A DNA stretch of 64,000 nucleotides from Macrostomum hystrix. Lineage: Eukaryota > Animalia > Platyhelminthes. The notes under the pieces are model-generated. The model worked only from the letters and a program-made list of their open reading frames with translations. It was not told the origin of the DNA and did no database searches. Positions 35,501 through 45,596 of the stretch are shown here, one piece after another; the stretch's first letter is position 1; the number at the start of each line of letters is the position of its first letter. The stretch covers positions 3,720,001 through 3,784,000 of the forward strand of contig CATNEN010000012.1 of the NCBI GenBank assembly GCA_950097015.1, in the 5' to 3' direction. The position numbers and the translations under genes were made by a program.

Positions 35501-37973
35501 AAGGACGGATTAAGATAGAGAAGGACGGATTAAGATAGAGAAGGACAGACAGTATAGAGAAGGACAGACTAGGATAGAGAAAGACAGACTAGGATAGGTA
35601 AGGACAGACTTGGATAGAGAAGGACAGACAAGGATAAAGAAGGACGGACTAGGATAGGGAAGGACAGACTAGGATAGGGAAGGACAGACTAGGATAGGGA
35701 AGGACGGATTAAGATAGAGAAGGACGGATTAAGATAGAGAAGGACGGATTAAGATAGAGAAGGACAGACAGTATAGAGAAGTACAGACTAGGATAGAGAA
35801 AGACAGACTAGGATAGGTAAGGACAGACTTGGATAGAGAAGGACAGACAAGGATAAAGAAGGACGAACTAGGATAGGGAAGGACAGACTAGGATAGAGAA
35901 GGACGGACTAGGATAGGGAAGGACGGACTAGGATAGGGAAGGACAGACTAGGATAGAGAAGGACGGACTAGGATAGAGAAGGACGGACTAGGATAGGGAA
36001 GGATAGACTAGGATTAAGTATGAGAGAGATGGATAGACTAGGATAAAGTATGAGAGAGAAGGACATATTGAAATAGAAAAGGACAGAGCCGGATAGAGAG
36101 AGACTCGCATATAAAAAGATAGAATAAAAAGTAATATAGAGAAGGATACGAGACGGAGTCGAAAAATTATAAAGAACTTCAGACAAGGAGATAGTGAAGG
36201 ATTGGGAATGTGAGGCAAGGAAAAGAAATGAAAGCTAACACAAAACAACCCTGGTAGCTCACAAATAAACAGTAGCAAGAAGGGATCAGCCAGTAGGAAG
36301 TACATATCCCAAAGCGGATGAAGCACTTCCTGGGGCAGGTCGGCAGCCAGCAGGCCGGCCAGCCAATCAGCTGCGAACTGAGCCACAGGCAGTCGCAGGC
36401 TGTCCAACAGGGAGCTGAGAGCCGGCTCGTGATATTGCAACAGCAGGCGGAACACGTGACAGGCCGGCTCGGGTCTAGGCGTGTACTTTGTAAGCAGTGC
36501 TGAAAACATAGGGAATAGAGAGCGAACTGACGGCTGCGGGGGCGGCTGCTGCTGCTTCTGCTGCTCCTGTTGCTGCGGCTGCGGCGGCAGTGGCAGTTGA
36601 AGTAGAGCGCGAATCACCTAGTGTGTTGGGGAGGGACTTTTGATTGATTTGACAATGGGTTGAGGTGTGATGGGTGATTGATTTGATAGCGGGTTGAGGT
36701 GTGATTGTTGATTGATTTGACAGCGGGTTGAGGTGTGATTGTTGATTGATTTGACAGCGGGTTAAGGTGTGATGGTTGATTGATTTGACAGTAGGCTGTT
36801 AAAAATTAAATTACAAAGATCTGAAAGCATTGCAACTTACTTGCAGCCAGACTGGCAGAAATCTTCGGCCAGTAAGTTTGCAATAATGGGTGAGCATAGA
36901 CTCAAGATCTGACTGCATAGCCAGACCGCCGGCGCCTCCGGCCGCTTCCCAGTCGCGAACAAATGTCCGACAGGCCGCGCGAAGCTCAGCCTGCTCAGGC
37001 AGGTCGAACAGGCCGTCGAATTCGTCCAACCGGCTGGCCGCCCTGGCGCCGCCAGTCATTGCGCCGAGGCTGATTGACCACACCTAGCGGATTGATTTTA
37101 TTGAAAGTTGCAGGTTTCAAGGAATATAATAATAATAATAATAATTACAGGAGCGCTGCGGGCAATGGCACATTATTTCTGACAGTTGACCTGCAGCCAG
37201 CGAGGAGGCAAAAACTGAGCACAGGTGTGTACATGTGCCCTGACTAGCTCATTGTCAGGCGGCAGTGTACACTTTCACTGCGCTTTGGAAGTTGGCAAAC
37301 AAGGGCGTAAATTGCACGACAAGCACCCAAGCCTTCTTTCTGCGCTCCAATTTAACATGGCCCAGCCGCAGAATCGAGCTCAGGGACCTTGGTGCGAGAG
37401 GCAAACGCGTCAGACCGCTGTTAGTCACCCCGTTAGTTTCTAGGAATTTGTAAACATTCGTTTTTTTAGAGAAAGTACAGGTTCCCTGCAAAACTTCTAA
37501 ATCCGGTTTTGACCCCATCGCAACAACTTTACCGTGTCTTATCTCTCACGCATCCCATCTATCCAATCGAATCCTTCTAAATTATTCCGCAGCTAATCGC
37601 CAATCAAGAGACGCACCTGAGCGCGCAGGTGACTAGGCACAGGCCTGCCGCGGCAGATGTTGCGCACGGTGCCAAAATCGCAATCCTCATCCAGCAGGGC
37701 TGTCTCCAAATCGATGCGCCACGCCGTGTCGCCGCCGCCGCCTCCGGCTTCGTCGTCCTGATCTTCACCAACTCCGCCAATACCGCTCTCGCGGAGTCGC
37801 TCCAACTCTTCAAAAAGATCCTCGTCGGCCTCGCCGTCGTCCTCGAAATCGCCCATGGGATTCGGTGATTGGAAATCGGTGGAGGTTGCAGAGTTAGCAT
37901 TGACGTCGTCATCCTCGTGATCGGACAGCGAATAGGCAGACGATCTATTATTAGCTGAATCAGGCTCTGTCAT
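32532..37973 (-). CDS. TBC1D23: TBC1 domain family member 23 (TBC + rhodanese-like + C-terminal PH-like), 745 aa
   Basis: Exons 37973-37617, 37083-36841, 36617-36263, 35397-35114, 34220-33591, 32900-32532. Matches WRIDLETAL, RGRPVPSHLRAQVW, FRLLLQYHEP, AQHYACRTPAS, VDVRSPELYNRGHL, VVKITSKKRLPELITFKYG. Confidence 0.95.
33078..33480. repeat. 20-bp minisatellite (ggatagactaggatagagaa) in TBC1D23 intron 5
   Basis: Tandem array; same family and orientation as 35485-36060. Confidence 0.9.
34294..35078. repeat. About 44-bp minisatellite in TBC1D23 intron 4
   Basis: caatgatcccgaatcttcccaggtcccaatccaggatccttaca, about 18 copies. Confidence 0.92.
35485..36060. repeat. 20-bp minisatellite (ggacagactaggatagagaa) in TBC1D23 intron 3
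   Basis: Tandem array. Confidence 0.9.
36640..36795. repeat. About 34-bp short tandem repeat in TBC1D23 intron 2
   Basis: ttgatttgacagcgggttgaggtgtgattg, 4-5 copies. Confidence 0.8.
37127..37431 (-). mobile_element. tRNA-derived SINE, copy 2 (TBC1D23 intron 1)
   Basis: Reverse complement aligns to 26966-27334 (gcggtct.acgcgtttgcctctcgcaccaa.gtccctgagctcgatt; gaaggcttgg.gcttgtcgtgcaattta; gtcagggca; ccattgcccgcagc; att tail). Confidence 0.78.
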
Positions 37974-40415
37974 GGTTTCTTAGAGATCTGACTTGGAACA
38001 CATGCAGTTGAGTAGGCATAAAACCTTGGTCCCGAACAAGGCAAACTTGGTAGCTGCGAAACAAAAGTTTCATGTGACAATTAAAGGGCCTGACAATTAA
38101 ACGATTCACATTTTAACACTGTAAATATTTATGCAAAATGTTACCTTTGCCACTGAAAACAATTATAGCCCAACTAGTTTTTAGCCACATTCAGCTAAAT
38201 ATTTTATGTCTAACCATAAAACACTAAGGCCGATTTTTTATAAAGCAGATAAAATAATGAACTATGCACATGTGTTAAACATTCAAAGACAAAACAACTT
38301 TTTGTAGAATGATAAAAATTTGTAAGTTTAAAAAGAAATACTGAATATGTCATTGTATACCTAACCTTTTTTGACTGAGTTACTGTTTATGTACACTTTT
38401 TATCAATGCTAATCACCTTTATCACCTTTATACTGTATTCTAAAAGTATAATACAAGCAGAGAAATAGTTCACAAATAGTACCAGTTATGATGACCCTTT
38501 TATGATACAGGCGTCATTAATTTAAAATGTTAAGTTAATAAAAACTATAATAATATTACTATTTAGAATTTGACGATAAAGAGTATGATGATTTGGTTTG
38601 AGCTCTCTCAGCTCAGCTATCAAGCTAGCAACTAGCAATAGTTTTACCTTTATTGACATAGTAAACCTATTATGTTCCATGTTTCATACTTTGGGGGGGT
38701 TAGTTTTGGCTTCCTACTCTAAATAACTTAGTTAATTTTAACAGTCACAAAATTACAAAATAATGGGACCCAAACAACCTAGAGGCCTTTGAGCATATAG
38801 AGTGAGGAGTAGGTCAAGTCATGGTGATCAAGTCAAATAAGAGCCACAAAGGATAATAATGTGCAATCCAATACAAGATGATGCCAAACTAACACTTGGG
38901 CCTTGGAGAAGACTTGGCACCACATAAATTCCTAGAGGTTTCTCAAAAACAGCTTGTTGCTGGTTCCACATATGGTGCAAAATTTTGACTTGCAAAGGAT
39001 CCACCTATTATCAATCATATTTTGTAGGCCTTTGGTTTGTCTGGGTCCTATTGAACAATAATGGATTTGTTTAAAAAAATAGAGTGGGAAACTGAAACTA
39101 GGGCCTATGTCTTGCCCCTGCTGGGGACTTTGCAGGGACTTGGCTACACAGGCAGTGGTCATGGCGGGTCTCCTTCTAAATTTTCGCGCCACCCAATTTT
39201 TTTCGCGCCATATGTATCTATACATACAGCTAAGAATACCCAACAAAAAATACCGCCACAACTACTGTACACAGGTGCAGACAGGCACAAGCCAAGTGGA
39301 TTGCTACACCAACTGTATTTTTGATAATGCATGAGCACCCAGCCAGACAGTGGGCTAAAAATTTTTTGTTTGATGCCTGCCCCTTTTGGCTACTTTGTAG
39401 TTGGCATGTGGCATAAATTACTACTAGTAATAGTAATATTATTATTATGCTATACATTTTACAGTTTGCCTATTGCTAAAATTATTCTAGCTAGGCCTAG
39501 GAACCTTGATTCGAAAAAAACTATATTCATTATTATATAGGCCTAGCGTAGGCCTCCTTTCTATAACTAAGGAATGATCATACATATTGTCTTGACTTGA
39601 TAGTAAGGACTTATTGTTGTAGCTTAATATAATTATAAAGCTAATAAACAAAAATGTTTTTTACTTAGTTGTGCAAAAGTGGCCTTTCGTAAAAAACCAC
39701 TCATACCGTATTATTTAATTTTTTGACATTAGCAAGTTTGTAAAAAAAACTGGCTAAAAAGAAGAAGGCGCAGTTATTAGTTAGTCCTAACTGTTTTACT
39801 GAACACAATCTGAGAAATCCAAATGCACGTAACATTAGTCGACTTAGTTTGTTTGTTTATGGCTCAGGCCAGGTACTTGTTTGTCCAAAAATTGACGGAT
39901 AAAGTCATAAAATTATTTATACCCATCTAATTACACGCAATAATGCCATACATGACTGTCGTCGGCAACAACTTCACAACTTATACCTTTTTTATGAGAG
40001 GCATGTGGCGTAGCCGCGTATGTAATAAACTAAAATTGTGCGAAAAAACTAATAAGCAGTTATTATCAACAGTAATTTTCCCAGCATACACAGCTAGCTT
40101 TGAAATCTCATGAAATGGTTTTAGAATAAAAACAGTATCGCTTTAGTACACTAACTTGTTAAAAATGACCAAGCTAATATTTTCAATGAAATTTACGTGC
40201 TCATATTTAAAGCCATAATTATTGCACGTGAAATAATTTCACGACGAATATAGCTTTCATTCATACTTCATAGTCACTTTTCGGACAGACGCTTGCTCAG
40301 CTCAGTCAGCTCAAAATGGTGTATCAATTTTTTCGTAATAAAATAATCCACAACTAAATTTATCTTAATGTTTTAAGTCTCCCTTACGTCTCCCTTAAAC
40401 GTAGCAATTTTATAT

Positions 40416-41169
40416 GGAAGTGCTTATTCCCACGGTCCTGTGCCGATAATTTCAATTTTATCCACACGGATCCGTGCCGCTAATTTTCTGCTTATCCACA
40501 CGGCAGCTTGTATGAATAGGTCTACTTTCAAGTCCCTACCTATTCTTCTCTGAGCATTAGGCTTTTGCTTCAGAGTAGGCTATAGTGTATAGTGTACACT
40601 ATCAATGCATAGTGTAAAAGAATAACAATGATGTATAATATGTGTGACGAGTTTGTTGCTGACTAAAAGTTTGCTGGTTGACTCGTATGATTTTCTTTGA
40701 TAGACTTCTTACTTTTTAAGTCAATACAATTCGAATGAAAACACATAATGATGACAAAAGATTTAGTGAGTTGTTATTAAAATAATTAAAAAGGATGACA
40801 TTTATGTTGGTTAGGCCTAATGAATGTGGAGGTCGAAATGTAGAACACTGTCGTAACACACTGGCAACTTTGTCTATCTATTGGCTTGAGGGTTCAACAA
40901 AACATTCAAGCCTGAAAGGGCCTTGTTTCAAAGATTAGAACCATGTGGATAAAATTGAAATTAATGGCCCAGCATATTTATTTAAGAGTTTTAGACCTAT
41001 TCATACAAGCTGCTGTGTGGATAAGCAGAAAATTATCGGCATGGCTCCGTGTGGATAAAATTGAAATTAATGGCCCAGCATACATAAAGAGTTGTAGACC
41101 TATTCATACAAGCTACCGTGTGGATAAAATTGAAATTATTGGCACGGGACCGTGGGAATTAGCTCTGCC
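40416..41169. mobile_element. Non-autonomous MULE/Mutator-like MITE (754 bp)
   Basis: Imperfect TIRs of about 105 bp starting with GG; 9-bp TSD attttatat at 40407-40415 and 41170-41178; right arm has iterated gtggataaaattgaaatta units. Confidence 0.8.
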
Positions 41170-41520
41170 ATTTTATATAGCCGAAAGACAATAAATACTA
41201 TCCTTTGAAGGTCAATTTTTAGGCATAGGATAAAATAATGCAAAAACCTTTTTTGTATACAGCTATGCTTATCTATTTCTGTCAATAACACTCTGAAACT
41301 TTAAATACAAACAGATTTTTCTACCAAATTCGTCTTTACTAAGTAGCTAATCTATGTATATTCATATTTATGTTTTTAATTTATAATTGGCTGACTTTTG
41401 GGCAATGTTGAGGTTTTTCACTTTATTATTTTGACTAATAGCTTCAATTAACACTGACAAGCATGCCCCAAAAGTCTTAAAGCCATACACAGTAAAATAC
41501 TAGGTAAAATAAAAATAAAT

Positions 41521-42060
41521 GGAAGTGCCATTTATTTTGGTACCTGTCAGTATATTTTGGTACAACTTTTGAGGTGGGGACTGCATTTTGGTACCGATAC
41601 AATGTGGTAATTATGGAAAGTTGCTTTTATATACTGTTAAAAGGCTAGAGATAATCAATACATACCATACATGTGCAACCTCCCAAATCTACCTCCCAGC
41701 CAGCCGTGCGACTTAGTTTTTGCTCTATTTACAACTTAGTTTGCTCTTATTAGCTCTCTTTTTCTCTCCCCTTTTTCCTTTTCTTCACGTCTTCCTTTTT
41801 TGTTCCTTGGTCCCCCCTTTGATTTTTTTGTGCTTGGTCAATTGTTTTATGCGACGTACTTTGCTTGGCCCTCGTTTCACCCAGCTGGTTTGACCGGGTG
41901 TTGCACATGTATGATACATACCATATATCTAGCAATTAAAAGCTAATAAACACATGTTCTCAGAAAACTTGGTTTTGCTATGTTTTACATATGTCAAGTA
42001 TAAGAAAGAAAACAAAAGGTTGCATTTTGAATAAATTGTATTGGGTACCAAAAGGCACTC
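41521..42060. mobile_element. Degenerate MULE-like element hosting a nested hAT MITE
   Basis: Left end GGAAGTGC is identical to the left end of the 40416 element; ttttggtacc / ggtaccaaaa.ggcact inverted subtermini; no clear TSD. Confidence 0.4.
41666..41913. mobile_element. hAT MITE copy A (248 bp)
   Basis: 14-bp perfect TIR catacatgtgcaac; 8-bp TSD atacatac (41658-41665 and 41914-41921). Confidence 0.88.
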
Positions 42061-42357
42061 TTTATCCTAGGAATAGATAGAATCTAATAAATAGTTAGGG
42101 ATATCGTCTTTAGCTAGCTAGCTATGATTATACTAACTAAATTCTCTATCTAACTACAATGTATCTACATTGCAATATTGAATCTATATGCAATCTTCAA
42201 CATTTATATAATTTATATAATGTGCACATTTGCCCCAGGCCCACACTATTTAAGCTCTACAAACATGCACTAGATCTGTCAATAGATAAGGCTGTCTTAG
42301 AGCACTTTTCTGTGTGACAAAAATGCTAAATAGAGAAAACTCAGAATCAACATTTAA

Positions 42358-42789
42358 GTGTGTGGTGACCTAGATAAATTATTTAGAAGTCACATTGATT
42401 CCCAGCTCCGGGTTTTGTTCCGCACAGAAAAGATTGCTCAGTTTGTCTGCAGGCTGAAGTCCCATGTTCCTAGACCACTTGTTGCAGGTGTCATGTATAA
42501 ATTTCATTGTTCTGTGGATCAGAACATCTCCTACATAGGTAAAACTAAGCGACACTTGTACACAAGGGTTAGGGAGCATTGGATTAGAAATTCTGCCATC
42601 AATGAGCACCTTCTCTCGTGTAACTCCTGTTGCAATAAGAACTGTTGTGATATGTTTAAAGTGATTGATTCCTGTATCCAAGAAAACAAATTGAATATTC
42701 TTGAGGCTATGTGCATTATGGCTCAGAAACCATATTTGAACAGTCAGTTAGCCATGGGGGGTGCAAGCCGCCAACTCAATGTGTTTTAG
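42358..42789 (+). pseudogene. Penelope GIY-YIG endonuclease domain (RT missing)
   Basis: GVMYKFHC...YIGKTKRHLYTRVREH...SAINEH...LEA..I...KPYLNSQ. Confidence 0.88.
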
Positions 42790-42942
42790 CTATGGTAGAA
42801 GTGTCGTTGAACTTTATTTGGTTGTTGTTTTTTTTCTCTTGTTAAACAAACTGGAACAAAATTGATTCGCACTTTGCAATGTACAGTTTTCATTTCTTAA
42901 AAAATATATATAACTTGGTTCTGTGTGTTTAATTGATGTGTC

Positions 42943-42982
42943 TGCCCTGAAGATGACCGATTGTGGTCGAAATGCATTGGCA
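42943..42982 (+). ncRNA. Minimal type I hammerhead ribozyme
   Basis: tgcc-CTGAAGA-t-gacc[gattgt]ggtc-GAAA-tgca-tt-ggca: stem I tgcc/ggca, stem II gacc/ggtc, palindromic tgca stem III, cleavage triplet AUU. Confidence 0.8.
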
Positions 42983-43085
42983 AAATTCTAAGAAAATTTA
43001 AATGGTGATTCTGAGTTTTCTCTATTTTATTGTTGTCAAGCAAGCTACTCTACCTGAAAAATGCTAAAGTTTGGTTACTTTGTCA

Positions 43086-44544
43086 CATACATGCGCAACC
43101 TCCCAAATTTACACCGGCCGTGCCACTTCGTTTTTAAAAAAAAATGCGACATACCTATGCCCAAATTTTTTTTATCTGGGTAAACGGCAGGGGAAACTAT
43201 GACTGTGTTGCAATAGTAGCCCGTAAAATGTTTATGCACTGTAATAAATCTGATTGCGACTTACTTCCCTCTGAATGCGACTTACTTCCCTCTGATTGCG
43301 ACTTACTTACCTTGGAATGCGACTTACTTCCCTCTGAATGCGACTTACTTCCCTCTGATTGCGACTTACTTACCTTGGAATGCGACTTACTTCCCTCTGA
43401 TTGCGACTTACTTCCCTCTGATTGCGACTTACTTCCCTCTGAATGCGACTTACTTCCCTCTGAATGCGACTTACTTCCCTCTGAATGCGACTTACTTCCC
43501 TCTGATTGCGACTTACTTCCCTCTTAATGCGACTTACTTCCCTCTGAATGCGACTTACTTCCCCCTGAATGCGACTTACTTCCCTCTGATTGCGACTTAC
43601 TTCCCTCTGAATGCGACTTACTTCCCTCTGAATGCGACTTACTTCCCTCTGAATGCGACTTACTTCCCCCTGAATGTGACTTACTTCCCTCTGATTGCGA
43701 CTTACTTCCCCCTGAATGTGACTTACTTCCCCCTGAATGTGACTTACTTCCCCCTGAATGTGACTTACTTCCCTCTGAATGCGACTTACTTCCCTCTGAA
43801 TGTGACTTACTTCCCTCTGAATGTGACTTACTTCCCCCTGAATGCGACTTACTTCCCTCTGATTGCGACTTACTTCCCTCTGAATGCGACTTACTTCCCT
43901 CTGAATGCAACTTACTTCCCTCTGAATGCGACTTACTTCCCCCTGAATGTGACTTACTTCCCTCTGATTGCGACTTACTTCCCCCTGAATGTGACTTACT
44001 TCCCCCTGAATGTGACTTACTTCCCTCTGAATGCGACTTACTTCCCTCTGAATGTGACTTACTTCCCTCTGAATGTGACTTACTTCCCTCTGATTGCGAC
44101 TTACTTCCCTCTGATTGCGACTTACTTCCCTCTGAATGCGACTTACTTCCCTCTGAATGCGACTTACTTCCCTCTGATTGCGACTTACTTCCCTCTGATT
44201 GCGACTTACTTCCCTCTGATTGCGACTTAGCCCCCTCTGATTGCGACTTACTTCCCTCTGATTGCGACTTACTTACCTCTGAATGCAACTTACTTCCCTT
44301 GGAATGCGACTAAGTTGCCTCTGATTGCAGATTTTGTCACGTTTTTGCTTCTTTCCCCATTTGCTTTCCTTCGTTTCTTCTTTCCTTTCTCTGCTTTCCT
44401 CATTTTCCTGCCTTCTTTTCTTTTTTTCCGCTCGTTTTTTTCTGTCCGATTTTTTTCTCGGGTGGCCATTTTTGCGACTTACCTTGCTCGGCCGCTCGTC
44501 ACCCAGCCGGATCGGCCGGGTCGGCCGGGTGTTGCGCATGTATG
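43086..44544. mobile_element. hAT MITE copy B (1459 bp) with internal minisatellite
   Basis: 14-bp perfect TIR catacatgcgcaac; 8-bp TSD ctttgtca (43078-43085 and 44545-44552); subtermini homologous to copy A. Confidence 0.9.
43250..44320. repeat. 21-bp minisatellite (tgcgacttacttccctctgaa), about 50 copies, inside hAT copy B
   Basis: Tandem array; ORFs 43144, 43524(-) and 43676 are its translations. Confidence 0.95.
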
Positions 44545-45596
44545 CTTTGTCATATAGCTGAGAAGGTTTAGGTAGTTGTATGGCAAATAATAATATATTT
44601 TTTAACCTATCAAGTTGCCAAAAGTACATATAACAATTATTGTTATACTTATTCTAGGCATTTAGTCTGTTAAAAGAGAAAAAAAGAAATAAATGTCAAG
44701 AAAAAATCAACAAATACAGTTATTTGCTGTTCAGTATACAACATAGATTAATGGTCAAAAAAGTTATCTACCTAATTTTTATGTAGCTAAAAACAATATA
44801 ATAAAACCATATAAATGTCATTTCCTCTGGGGAAAAGGCAAAAGGCTTTTGGTGTGTTTTGGGATTTTTCAAAAGTGTGGTGCATATGTTTTTTAGGTAA
44901 CTACTGCTAAAAAACTTATAGGCAGCCAGCAAAGGCATGGACTAGCACTGAAGACAGGCACAAAAATTCAAAGTGCTAGGTGCTAGTCTAAAGTGCACAT
45001 TTTTCAATCCTCAATTCTCAAGCGCATCCATAGGTTTTCAACTTTTTATCTAATGGTGGGCATTTCTTATAAACTAAAGAATGTATTGCAATAAAAATAT
45101 TTTTTGCAGATGCAGATCAATGATTTGAATTTTTTCTTTCAATTGATATAGAAAAAACTGCAGATGACTGATTTTCAAACCATTGTTGCTTTGTGCTTTA
45201 GTAAAAAATATGTTTGATCAATTGTTTTACTTGACTGTCTGGCCTGCTGTTTTTTGTAAAATAAAGGTACTGTTTTTGTTTTTATTACAGCTTTGACATT
45301 TATTCTTGGCTTCCACACTTCTTAAGTTATTTAAGTTGACCTCATTAAAGGTATTTAGTTCCACTGTGCATTATAAGTATTGCCATAATGCACAGTCAAC
45401 AAATATAAAAAAGCTTATCCCCAAACAATGGGCTATGAGAAAAAACTGTTTGTCAATTAGAAATCTTAAATTTTTATGGTAAACTTTTATAACTACTAGT
45501 ACATGTGGTCTATAAATTTTAGTTAATGTTTTCGCTGCAATTTCGCTCCATTTATTATAATCTTATATTTCATACTCTAGCAAAAGTCGCTACGAA

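Larger units (their letters stand above)
42331..43057 (+). mobile_element. 5'-truncated Penelope-like element with inverted terminal fragment
   Basis: GIY-YIG ORF; 30-bp inverted copy of the 3' region (42328-42357 vs 42998-43027, 1 mismatch); candidate TSD aaaaatgctaaa (42319-42330 and about 43058-43069); hammerhead motif in the 3' UTR. Confidence 0.85.

Noticed and set aside
39175-39212. Two E2F-like TTTCGCGCC motifs upstream of TBC1D23
   Set aside because: About 1.2 kb from the ATG with TSS unknown; could be repeat-derived.
40812-40845. Second hammerhead-like string (ctaatga...ggtcgaaatg)
   Set aside because: The core deviates from CUGANGA and stems I and II do not form.
43144-44288. ORFs (CDLLPSE)n, (SEGSKSH)n, (TYFPLNA)n
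   Set aside because: Translations of the 21-bp array inside the hAT MITE.
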